A stretch of DNA of 64,000 nt from Vermamoeba vermiformis (taxonomy: Eukaryota), in NCBI GenBank assembly GCA_045837725.1, contig JBEWZL010000011.1:434001-498000 (forward strand), read 5' to 3'. Positions 51,401 through 63,344 of the stretch are shown piece after piece. Each line of letters begins with the position of its first letter. The first letter of the stretch is position 1. A program made the position numbers and the translations under genes. The notes under the pieces are model-generated. The model was not told the DNA's origin and ran no database searches. It saw only the letters and a program-made list of their open reading frames with translations.

Positions 51401-52877
51401 TCAATAGAGTCTCAGTAAGTATCATAGTAATGATCCAATGAGAGGTTACTGATGTGATTGCCTTAAAAGGAGTTAACAGGCATTGAGTTCTCGAAGACAG
51501 CTTTGCACGTGATAAACAAGTCACGTGCGTTTTTGACGTTGTCGGACATTCAAGGCATTTCAGTGAAAATTAGACGTCTTCCGATTGTAGCCATAGCTGA
51601 GGCTAATAACCTGGCCCTACGTGCACAATTGCTTGATAATCAGGATGCACGCTTAAGTTTACTTCGTCAAGCGATCCACTTGGCAGACTCGGCCTCGTCA
51701 ATCTATCCTAGGTACGCACGAATTAAGTCTTGGAATTCTTTGCTAATGTCGGCGTAGTGAACAAATGATGCGGTTCACGACAGAGCTATGCTTAGAAGCT
51801 GCGTTTATTGCATCAAAAGAAGAGGCGAGCTTGTGCTTTTTCGAAGTGGCTAAGACGTACAGAGTGTTTGGAGACAAAAATAGTGCCTTGCAGCTGTTAG
51901 AACAGATTGAAAAGAAGAAGATTGACGTTGATCCGAAGATAATTGATATCTGCTTGGACTTATTAATGGAGCCAACTGCCACTTCCCCAATCACGAGAGC
52001 GACCTTGGATATTTTAAAGTACCACGGCAAGCACCAACAAACTCTTCCTTTGGATGGCTTGCCCTTCGTTGATGACGAGACTATGAAGTTCATTGCGACG
52101 TACAGCGGCTGTTCCACGTTGAGAATTGGATTCTGCACAAAAATAACTGGTAGGCCGTCGATCATAAATCTTTCAATAAGCTAACGAAAATTATACAAAG
52201 ATGATGGATTCTGCTATATGATACGAAACATTGGTAAAAACTTGAGAGAGCTGGTAATCGATGGCAATAATTTAACTGGTATGAAGGGGTAGATCCGCGC
52301 GACTTTTTCTGAACTTCTCTTTTATTTAGACACATCGTTGAATGCTATTGCCAAAGAGTGTCCCAATCTAATTAACTTGAGCATGACTGCGTGCGAAGGT
52401 TTCACCGACAAAGGCGTCAAAGGTCTTTCAAAAATGCCGTTCCTCTCGAGGTTGAACATGAAGTACTGTCCTAACAATCCAAAATTACTCATTCCGAGTC
52501 TTCAAATCTTATTGTTAACGAAGAGCAATATCACTCTGAAGAACCTCAAATCAATCTTGAAGAATTGTCCGGCTCTGCATACCTTGGATGTGAGCGGATG
52601 CGATGGTCTCGACAACGTGGCAGAAATTCTACCACTGCTAGCCAAGAGAGCATATTCATCGTTAATAGCTATTGACGGTGTATTGTTTAACTTGAACGAC
52701 AAGATAGTTAAGCAGCTCAGTCCGAGGCAGATCTTGAACTGGGGTCAAGTCCGACTGATCAGCGAGTCCCTTCCCGAAGAGTTTTTGCAGAAGCTGCAAG
52801 AACATAATTTCACTGTTCTAAGAAACGATTTGACGATTCGAGTGCCTTCAGAGAAATTTTCATTGCGCAACAAATGA
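48444..52877 (+). CDS. Clu-domain / UBR-like zinc finger / LRR protein, paralog 2
   Basis: Same motif order as 33890-38201: RDWNAEYQ, GGEKFIYNGILFKFAVD, PVDVEGH, CKTC...ICGVCIKKCHKGH...FVCSC, LRRs. Confidence 0.78.
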
Positions 52878-53470
52878 ACGACTTTCAATTGGCACGTACG
52901 ATTTTGTATTCGGCAACAACGAGTTCAATTTGATCGTGCAGGAGATCTACGATTACATATCATGGAATTTCGATGGATTGCATAGTCAAACGACGTTACC
53001 CGATCCTTAGACGTTGATTGTAAATAAATATAACTAACACTATCAAAAAATGAACTAATACTTGTAAGTTTCATCCGCAGGCGAAATTTAATACCAAAAA
53101 TAGAAACACGTGCTTGCTCGTCAAAAAAAGGAATTTGATTTAACCATAATTGATTAAGACCGAGGAGTACTTTCAATTAACAATAGCTGCGTTATTTGTG
53201 GTAAGGGTCACGTTTGGCACTTTAACAATTAATTATATATATTAATCACAATTAAACTTTGGAATTGCAATTAATTATTAAAGTTTATTTTAGTGAAATA
53301 TATTTAGGCTGTGCGCTATAACTGTATTTTTGCTAATTTAACTGTCCTAACATTACAATGCGTAATGTTAAGTTAACAAAAATTAATAAAAAAAATGTGG
53401 GTTGACCCACTATAACTGAAATCGAGAATAAATAATACCATCGATATTTATTAACAAATTAATTGCAGAC

Positions 53471-56400
53471 ATGTCCAAAAACAACCGATATCTTGCATTT
53501 TTTCCTGACAAGTCCAGCGAATCTGGACCCAACTCCGAACCATCGATAAATGGAAGAAATAAGCCAACAAAATATGAAATTCTTCCTAAAATTGGCGGAT
53601 TTGGAAACGAGAAGCTTGGCTTACGAAACTCTGGCGTTTTTTCAGACGATGATACCAGTGTCTCTGAAGAACCAAGTTCAAGTGGTCCTATTTCTGCGGC
53701 ACCAACGCCTCGTGGAGGTTCAAAAGAAGATCTTTCAAAGCTGATGCCGGTTTACCTCGATATGTCAAAAGTCGTAACAGCTCCTTCGCTACCCAAAAAC
53801 AAAAGTTTAAGAACGCTAAAGCATACATTATCCCGACGATACGACATTACTGGGTACGTCAACGACAGAGCGAAAATTGAAAGTCCCAAGTCACCAGGCG
53901 GGTCAAAGACTGGTTATGCGAATGATGGCGCAGCTGCATATATGAACGACAAAAAGCCAGTTACAGTTGTTTATATGGAGAAGAATCAGCATCAGCCAAC
54001 AAACTGGTCAGATTCAGAAGATTCGGAATCAAGTTCCGACGAAGAAGTGCCAAGCTTCCAATTAAACGACGAGTACACCTCCGCTGAACAACAAAAACAA
54101 TGCATATCGCGCATATCCACTGCAAGTGCTGAAATGAAGTTAAAAGCGGAAACTTTGATCGGAGACACCAAATTGACACCGGATCAGAAACTGAATAAGT
54201 TAGCAGCTTTATTAGGCGATTACGTAAGTACATACTATATGTTATAATGATATTAAATTGACGCTCTTTAGAAACGTGAAGTTGAGCAAGTGACGCGTGA
54301 AAGCGATCGTGTTAAGGCGGATCTTGGCAACCCTCGTGACTGGAACATGGAGTACCAAAAGATTATTGAATCACCTTCTGATACAGTAGAAGACAAGCTC
54401 AAGCGATATCAAGCTATTGCAAGTTTAACGCAGGACTTTGAGTACACAGGTAATTGTCAAAAAGTGCTGTGTGACACGTGTCATCGAACAACATTTTTGA
54501 CGTTTTCCTTTTATAACAGCACAAATGTACGGTCAAATTATCATTACCGAAGTGTTCTTGAAGAACAAATTCAGAACAATAAGACCGTTCGCAGAAGTGG
54601 GAGGAAATGCAGGAGGTGAAAAGTTCATCTACAATGGTATCTTGTTCAAGTTTGCAGTCGATTGGAAAGGCATCTATGGCAGTGATCATGCTGCTATGAA
54701 GGTAAGACTGCCCATGCCAATAATACTTAACTATTATTTTGTCTATTATCGTTGGCTATTCTTTTTAAATATGCACGCAACACGTGGCCTAACATGATTT
54801 TCAGGCTGCCAAACACGAGTTGCTCGGATTTATGACAATTCAAGGTGCAAGTATTGACGGTGTTTGCACTCCTTTAATGTGCTTGGTACGTCCAGATATC
54901 ATAAATTCGGTTCTTGTCTTGCTAACTAATCGGATCAACCAGATCGACTATCTTGGGTTCAGATTGGTCGCAATCTCATTAATTCCTGGCATTTCAAAAT
55001 CAACGCTCGTATATGGTTCGAATGATGGTGGATTGTAAGTTATATTCAAACGAGCAACTCATACACGGATTTCTAATTTTTGTTTAGAACTGTCAAAGCA
55101 TCAAATGATGATGTCAATAAGAAAATGGCCGAGGTAATATAACAAGAATTATTAATGTATTAAATATTAACTCTATGTGATTAGTTGGGCAAGAAATTGA
55201 ATTTGGCTGAGCACGTGGGAGGAAGAAACATGATGCACGTGCAAAAGATATCAATGCCCGTTGATATTGAAGGGCATTTAACTACTGATGGAAAGTTCTA
55301 CTTGTTAGGTACGTTTTAATTGTTATCTCCAATGATGGCTCTAACTTTCATGAACGTATCCAGATCCCGCTCGATTGATGCCGCCGACTTACCCTGACGA
55401 ATCTATTAAAGGCTGTTATTTGATTCGTCTATTCAGGCCTGAATTTGTTCATAGATATTCGAAGCCATTGAGTTCAGGTAAAGTGTCAAAAAATGACACG
55501 TGTCAAGTCGTGACTTTTATGACTTACAACTACCTTACAGACGCGTGCAGCACGACGTTCGACCAGCATGATCCGCAGAAGGCCCAGCACAAGGCTAACA
55601 TCAAATCGGCGACTCAACACTTGATCAAGAGTGTTATTCCCAGGACCGCCATTTGGCTCGACAAGCACGCTGAAGATCTTCAATTGGACATCGCAGAAAT
55701 TACAGAATATCTTCACGCATCCGGTGTTAACCTTCGGTAAGCTACCTAGTATACATAGCCTAACTATCTAATGTTAATATTTTATTAGGTACTTGCCCGA
55801 GGTTCGTCGAGCAGCTGGATCTGGTTACTTGAAAGTGCTTCTTTTGGTAGAAATGGTTGCACGAGGAATTAAAAATCATTTGTTGTTCCTTCTAAGAGAG
55901 GCCAAGAAGACTCTAGGGTACGTCTCGAGATATTATTTCCATTTATAGTAATCGTTGACACGTGTCACAGAACTATGGCTGAACAAGCCTTCCGAGAAAT
56001 GATTGCTAATGCGTGCAATATGTACATGCCTTCGCACCCTGAGTACAAAAAGACGTGGGAAATGTTACGCAAACGATTGGCTCATGCATTTGACGACTTC
56101 CATTCAGAATGGGAATTCCAAAATGACTTGATGAACCCGCGCGTGAAACATTTCTTGGCCGTGTATCAAGAGATCTGTCCTACTGTCAAATGGAGCGAGC
56201 CTTTGAACGTTCCGATGGTCGCTTACCAATGCACGAGCTGCTCAATTGACGTAAGTTCACCACTTACCAAATAAGGCAATTGACACTGACTCCCTTTGAT
56301 CTTTTAGCAACTGTGCAGCGTGTGCGTAAACACGTGTCATGCAGGCCATAAAGTTGAACGTCTTAATGTTTCAACTGGATTTATGTGCGCCTGTGCCAGA

Positions 56401-58043
56401 TCTAACAAATGTCAATCGGTGGAGCGTAAAAATACTGAAGGCGCCGACGAATGGGACCACAACGCTGAGCAGCCCTTCTCATATTTAATGCAGAAACTTG
56501 GCGTGAAGGCTTTGTTTACCCGTGTTGCGGTAAGAATTTTTTGACACGTGTCAAGCAGTGGATCTAACAACCTGTGTAGCAATTGACAGGCATCGAGTTT
56601 TCACGAACAGGTCTTGATGCTGTTGACAGTGTCGGCTACTTTAAGATTTCAGACGTGAAAGGTTTTTCCGCTAAAATCAAGCGGTTGCCAGTCGTTGCAG
56701 TTACCGAGGCAAAACTGCTCGCACTTAAGGCTCAAAATAGCAATGATCCTGACGAACAATTGAGTTTGATGCGACAAGCTATTGCATTGACTGAAGAAGC
56801 CTTGGCGATCTATCCTGGCAGGCAAGATATTTTACGAAATTTCAATTTTTTCACGGGATCTGATCTAACTTTTTTCCTTCCGTTCAGTGAACAAACATTC
56901 ACGTTCTATAATGCTATTTGCTTTAATACGGCATTGGCGTCTCCTAAAGAAGAAGCGGATAAACTGTATTTCAATGTCGTGAAAGAATACCGTGTGCAGA
57001 AGGACAAAAAACGAACGGAAGAATTGCTCAACGAAATCCAAAAAAGGAAATTGACGGTACATCGAAGAGTCATCGACGTGGCCTTTGATATTTTGATGGA
57101 TCGATCGATCAGCCCTATCACCCGCCAGACCCTCGACTTTTTGAAATTTCACGGCAAACTCATTCAAACACTCACGCTCGATGGATTGCCTTTTATGGAC
57201 GATGAAACACTCAAATTTGTTGCAGACAATTGTCAGTGCTCAACGCTAAGCATAAGTTTCTGCGATAAGTTGACAGGTAAGATCCGTTCATGAACCAAGT
57301 TTGGAAGTTTTTTTTCTGATGCCTTTTTTAGACGAAGGAGTTTCGTATGTCGCAAGAACTATCGGCAAAAACCTCCGTGAATTAGTCTTGGACGGCAACA
57401 AATTGACAGGTACGTTTTTTCATTTGACACGTGTCAAATATTTTTTTCACAGTAAAATGTCAAAGTGTCAAAAAACTCGAACTAATAATTAATTGCTAAT
57501 TGATTTTTAGACGCGTCAATCGATGCTATTGCTAAAGGATGCCCATCACTATTGAACTTGAGTATAGCCAATTGCGAAGGATTCACGGACAAGGCATTCA
57601 AGTCGCTGTCAAAGCTGCCCTTGCTGTCGCGCTTGAACATGAAGTATTGCCCGAACAATCCCAAATTTGAAATTCCGAGTCTGCAAATATTGTTCTTGGT
57701 CAAATCGAACATCACTCTCGAGAACGCCAAATCAATCTTAAAGAAATCTCCCTTGTTGCATACTTTGGATCTGAGCGGATGCGCACAAATCACTGAAAAC
57801 GCAGCGGAATTATTGCCTATTTTGGCAAAGAGAAAACAAAGCGCGATCGTGGCACTTGAACGCGTGACATTTAAATTGACCGACAAGATTGATAAGGAAG
57901 TGCGGCCTTATATTGACACTAAGGTCCAAATTTCCTTATTAAGCGAAACTATTCCCAGCGAAGACTTGCAAAGACTGAAAGAACTCAATTTTACTGTTTT
58001 AAGACGTGACATGAGCGTGCGATCGCCACCAGTGACTTTCTAA
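53471..58043 (+). CDS. Clu-domain / UBR-like zinc finger / LRR protein, paralog 3
   Basis: RDWNMEYQ, GGEKFIYNGILFKFAVD, PVDIEGH, CTSC...CSVCVNTCHAGH...FMCAC, LRRs. Tandem with paralog 2. Confidence 0.78.
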
Positions 58044-58366
58044 ATAAAATTTTGGTCTTGTCAACCAAATTTCTTAGCCTATTGGAAGTTTTGAGTTTTT
58101 TAGAGGGTTGATTTTTTTTTGTCGGAACATTTCTCTGGCCAGATCTTGCAACACACCTAATAAAGAAGCAAGCTTATGATGACGCTGTCGCTCATGGAAT
58201 CGAATCTACTATACTGCTATAAATGGAAGTCTTCCAAAGATCCATGTAATTGATGGAGTGTGTAACCTCAAAGTTTTGTAGATGATCTGCAATGAAGGGA
58301 TTTGACCAAGTTTGACCAGGCACATATAAATTACTGCACGCACTAAACTAAATTTACTACGCTAAT

Positions 58367-59926
58367 TTACATCGCTACACAGTCTTTACCGCCTTTTTTC
58401 AATCGATAAGTCTCGTAGTTGCAAGATTGACCGATGATCGTTTGCCATTCGTAATGACCTAAATACGGACACTTATTGTACTCGTGTTCTTTGTTACCGC
58501 ACGCCTGGCACGGAATAATTTGTTCTTCTTTGCCGTTAAATCTCCTTCGTCTTGCGTTCTCTAAAGTTACAAATTTTTTGGCCAGTTTGATGTCCGATGG
58601 TACTTCAATAGCCTCTATTTGAACAGCTATATAACTACGAGAAAAGTCACTAGGAGGCAATGGCTGTTTAGGCCTAGCTGTAAGTCGTTCTTGGAGCGTT
58701 GTTGGTTTCGGCTCAGGCTGGATCGGATTCCACCAAAAATTCACTGAAACACTAGCTTCAAGTGAATATACAGCGTGAATCCAGCCTTCAGGCAAGTACC
58801 TGCAAATATAATATTAATATGAGTGCCTATTCTCTGACAAATTGTAAAAAAGTGGATCTGATCCAACGTGCTGAAAATTATTCCGCTTGCACGTACAATA
58901 CATCACCAGGATTAAGCACGCAATGCAGGGCCGATGCGTTCATGAAATTTTCGTGTAATTTCACTGAATTTTCATCGCGCATGTTGATCGTGGTTTGACG
59001 GTCTTGATCTGCCGATTCAGATTGAAGTGCCAAATAAGGCAATTGGCTTGGATCCCACAACAACACCGACTTCTTGCCTATTATTTCCAAATTAGGAAAT
59101 ATTGCGGTTATTTTAGCAACACTTACCGTGCAGTTGCAAGAGCAAGTTATCAGCTTTATCGTAGTGCGCTGGTGTTAGCGAATCGGCGGATGAAATCCAC
59201 ATATTAGTGAAGTACTTAGTATTGCTAGGCAAGAGCCAAACAGGCGAGTCTAAGTAAGGCAAAATAAGTAAATTTCAGACTCGATCGAATCTAAAAAAAT
59301 TCTGACTAATTGAATGATACCGATATAAATAAATAGACCAAATAGGTATTATATAGAAGTACTTACGCGTTAATTTCTTCAGAAGTGGTTGAAAGTGCTG
59401 GTCATCGGCTTGATAAAGATAATAACGTTCGTTTTCGTTCAAGATCGGTTTTCTGCCGGTAGTTTTAGCAGCGTTAATCCTTTGTATAAGTTCAGTGCCA
59501 GTCATTGAAGACTTGACGCGCTCTTTGCCGTCAAAAATATCACCGTGACCACCAGGAAAGTTGCCTAACGAAAGGATCTGATTTTAGTTTCAGATAGACA
59601 AACGAAAAAAATTGAATTTAATTCACTAAAAATAATTATATTTATATAGTAATATTCTACAATGATTGATGGTGCAAAAGTAACTCACCGGATGCGGAAA
59701 CGTAAACGTCGAACTCCTGATTTCCAATAGTAGCTGAAATATTCTCGAAACTCCATTCATTCAGTGCCTCATTATTAAGGGCATTTTTAATTATGCTAGG
59801 TTTTCGATCTGGTTGACTAATGTAATTCCAGAATTCGGATTTGACAATTTTGTCTTTTTCAGTAACTGCCAGCTCCTCACTGGCCACTTTAATCCAAGAA
59901 GGAGGCCACGAATATGTTGTCGACAT
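58367..59926 (-). CDS. JmjC/cupin-like 2-oxoglutarate dioxygenase with C-terminal CCHC zinc knuckle
   Basis: RKPSIIKNA, RYYLYQ, PLHYDKADNLLLQLHGKKSVLLW (HxD), LNPGDV, LPEGWIHAV (distal His), SVSVNFWW, then CQACGNKEHEYNKC. Confidence 0.82.
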
Positions 59927-60424
59927 ATTTAATCGTATAATGTAATGATGAATGGAGTTTTCCAACTTTTTTCGTTTCCCCTCCTGAATTATTTATAGTT
60001 TCAGGTCGGTAAAATATGATTGGCCCGTTCTAAAAATAGTCGACCAGTGGAGTCACTGGGTTTCGTTACATTATATTCTAGAACGCACTACATCAGTACA
60101 AGTGGTGGTATGGTCTAAAATCCTCCTTGGTTCTAGAGTCGTGACGCAAATTAGCCGAGTCTGGTACAAAGATCCGTTCAAGCCCGATGCATAAATGCAA
60201 CTAATTATAGTGGTACAGCAAGTCATAATTCGATTGATCAATAGCATGACAGTCCCATAGGAGGAGACAGGACACGAGCTAGGAGACGCGAGAGTTCCGT
60301 CCCGACATCCGGTCTCGTACGATTCGGTCCAAAATACCTTCTCATTTTTTTCGAATACAAACCATCTCGTGTAATACTTCTAATCAGCTTGATAATAATA
60401 TTATTAATATTAATATGGACTTTA

Positions 60425-62122
60425 TTAGAGGAACAATACGAAGGAAATGAGTCCAAAAGTGGCAAACAAAGCAGATCCAGTCGATGTTTGCGGCTGTTGA
60501 TTGCCTGGTTGTTGTTGTGTCTGCGGCTGTTGTTGTTGTGGCACATTGCCACCTCCAGGCGTGGATTGAGGCTGTGGGATTTCGCAAGTTATTCCGTCTC
60601 CGTTATATCCTTGTTTGCAAACACAATTGAAGCCAAACATAGTGTCCGTACAATCGGCATTAGGACTGCAATTGCTAAGACCCAACGCGCATTGATCTTG
60701 CGGCACGATCCAGATGTCTTTGTAGCAGAAGAAAGAGTCAGTCTGACCTCCGTAAAAGATCATATCGCCTCTGATATGTCGACCGCCGGCGATAGCGTGA
60801 TTGTGGCGCGCTGCAGCGTAGTTTCCAGCAGCTGTGAAGCGTGTGTCAGTGATGGTAACGTCGTCCAGTTCGATACCGCCAGAAGCCAAGGCCCATTGTT
60901 TGGACGTCACGTTGAACAACCAAAAGTCCTCCTTGCTGCCTTGCGATGTGCCGTAGAATCCGTAGCCTCCGTACAACATGATCGTGCCGTCTCCGCGATC
61001 AACGAGATGTCCCGCGCCATATCGACTCGCGGGTGCGTTGTCAGGATGGAACTCGAATGGCGCGGATAGATAGCCAGGAGTATTGTACGAAGTGCTGTTG
61101 CCGAACTGTACTTGCCAAGGACTCTGCAGGTTCTTAGTGTCAAAAGTCCACAAGTCATTCCAGCTGGGACTGAAGTCGTTCAAGTTGCCCCCGTCGACGG
61201 GTCCGTAGCCACCAAAAATCCAGATCTTGCCCGTAGAATCCATCGTGCAGCTCGCTTGCAAGCGTGTTCCATAAGCAGGCGTCGGACCATCGAACACAGG
61301 GGTCACAGTCAGGTCGTTCACGAAGTACTCGCGAGTCCAAGTGTTGGATGCGGATGTGTACTTCCATACAGCCGGAGCGTAATAGGACCCACTACCACCT
61401 GTTATTATCCAGAGGTTGTCCTCGGCATCTACTTCCAAACACGTGCCTGTCATCGAGCCAGGCCACACGCCGTCATGAGCCGCGACTGTGGAATCGTCGC
61501 CGTAGAGCCAAGTGAATTGCCACGTGGTAGTGTTGAACGTCCAAAAAGAAGAAGCGGAGGTTCCCGAATTAGAGAAAATATAGATCGTATCCTTACTGTC
61601 GATAGTGCACCAGTGCGCAGTAAGAGTTCCCGGACTCACATCGGGACTAGGAACGCCTTGGGTGCCGAATATTTTGGTGCCGTTTGAGGCTTTGTAGGTC
61701 AGTCTATATTCGTCGCTAGTTAAATTGTAGCTCCAGACATCGTAAAGATCAAAGTTTTGAGCGCCATAAATGATCCACAAGATTCGTTTTGAATCTAGGA
61801 CCATGCACGTTGAAATACGACCACCGGCGCCATTGTCGATTTTAGTCCACACTCCAATATCAGGGTACGTTTGATCAAGGAAATCTAATGAAGTAAACGT
61901 TAATTTACAAGCTTTTTTTTTTTTTTAAATTTTTAATTTTGAATTATTTTTCGATCCTGCTGTTGTTGAGTGTCAAAAAATACGCAATAATATTACTAAC
62001 ATATATTACTCTTTCTTACCCCTGGCCGTGTTATTCGGAGCCAACCAAACGGGCTCAACCAGATCCGCGAGAGCGGTGCCAATGATAGCAGCGAACAACA
62101 GCAAGATAGGTGAATATCGCAT
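60425..62122 (-). CDS. Secreted/cell-surface Kelch-like beta-propeller protein with EGF domain, Gln/Pro stalk and hydrophobic C-terminus (probable GPI signal)
   Basis: Signal peptide MRYSPILLLFAAIIGTALA. Repeats IWIFGGYG...NDLWTF and IMLYGGYG...DFWLF. EGF CSPNADCTDTMFGFNCVCKQGYNGDGITC. Ends SALFATFGLISFVLFL*. Confidence 0.8.
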
Positions 62123-63344
62123 CCCTGTTGTAGATGTATCTAACAAACGTTAAAAGGCTCGAAAAATTGGACAAAAGAAAAAAAAACGGTCGAGGATCCC
62201 AAATTTAGCGATGATTCTGATTCAAAATAATAATCACGGTTAGCTCCTCAGGCAAATATGACTATCAATATTCGGTTAATGATAATATTATTACGCAAGA
62301 TTTATTCAAAATCAAGATTTTGAACGTCTTACGCGCTATGTACATCTGGATGCATCCGGCGAACCGTCACGTTTGTTATTGTGCTTGTTGTTGAGTATTA
62401 GTTTCAGCGCTCATTTCTTTTTCTTCATTTACGACAATTGCTCCTTGAAAATCACCTGTTTTAACGTCGAAAAATTGGATCGTCCTTGCTCGTCTGTTTT
62501 TGTTCGCCAAATAAGTAATTGTTTCTAGCATGCCCATCGTGCCATTAGGCGCCGTATATCGAAATACTGCTACATCAGGGCTCTATAATAAATTATTTAT
62601 TAGCCTTAAATTTTTACATGTACGACGATCGCCATCCGATCCATAAAAAGGATTAAAAGAATCTGCTAGTATTAATTTGCATGAAATGACGTGTTATAGT
62701 GGCGATTAAATACATACCAACTCTTGGCCGTATATTTCAAAGTTTTGTAAGCCAGGATCCGATGTCTCGGCGAGTTTTACTCGTCCATCTGCGCACGGGA
62801 CCCATTTTGCGTGATAAACTATTGTTTGACCATTTGGGTATGTGTATCTGCATGATAAATGAATAATAAGAATATGTAACTTCCTAAAAGTTTTTCACAC
62901 GTAGATTGAGCTCTGAAAAAATAAGAAATAAAATTTTATAAAATAAAAATAATTCTAAATACGTGTTAAATACTACGTCTGTCGGTGAATTAAGTTTATA
63001 TGCCAATTAAACAATTTATGAGATTATTTTAATTTTTTGACTTGCAATAATAAGTCAATTTTCTTTTGGCGGTAGATCTGACCATAAATCACCGTTAATT
63101 ACTTACGTATCTTTCAATTTCCAACAACCGTCCTCTAAAGAAATACGAGCGACGCCAATGTAACTGCTGGATGGACCTTCTTTTTTAGATGTATCCAAAA
63201 ACTTCCAATCTCCGCACCATTTGCCGACCATATGTGGAAATAAATGGTATTGGTGACCTCCTACGACAACTTTTCGGTCCATTTATGGTATTAGTATTAT
63301 TGTGTGTGAATAACTGCCGCACAAAAATTCGATCGACTTTTTAT

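Larger units (their letters stand above)
11004..57436. promoter_or_regulatory. Dispersed intronic palindrome TGACACGTGTCA (12 perfect copies)
   Basis: Starts at 11004, 26291, 28983, 34459, 36579, 49528, 50836, 54472, 55494, 55956, 56542 and 57425. All fall inside introns of the reconstructed genes. The regulatory role is inferred. Confidence 0.65.

Noticed and set aside
60151-60187. tRNA-like A-box (TAGCCGAGTCTGGT) and B-box (GTTCAAGCCC)
   Set aside because: The boxes are only about 10 nt apart, with no anticodon arm or acceptor stem, so no tRNA can be built.
60389-61687. Plus-strand ORFs of 226 and 191 aa
   Set aside because: Antisense to the GC-rich Kelch-EGF exon; no independent motifs.
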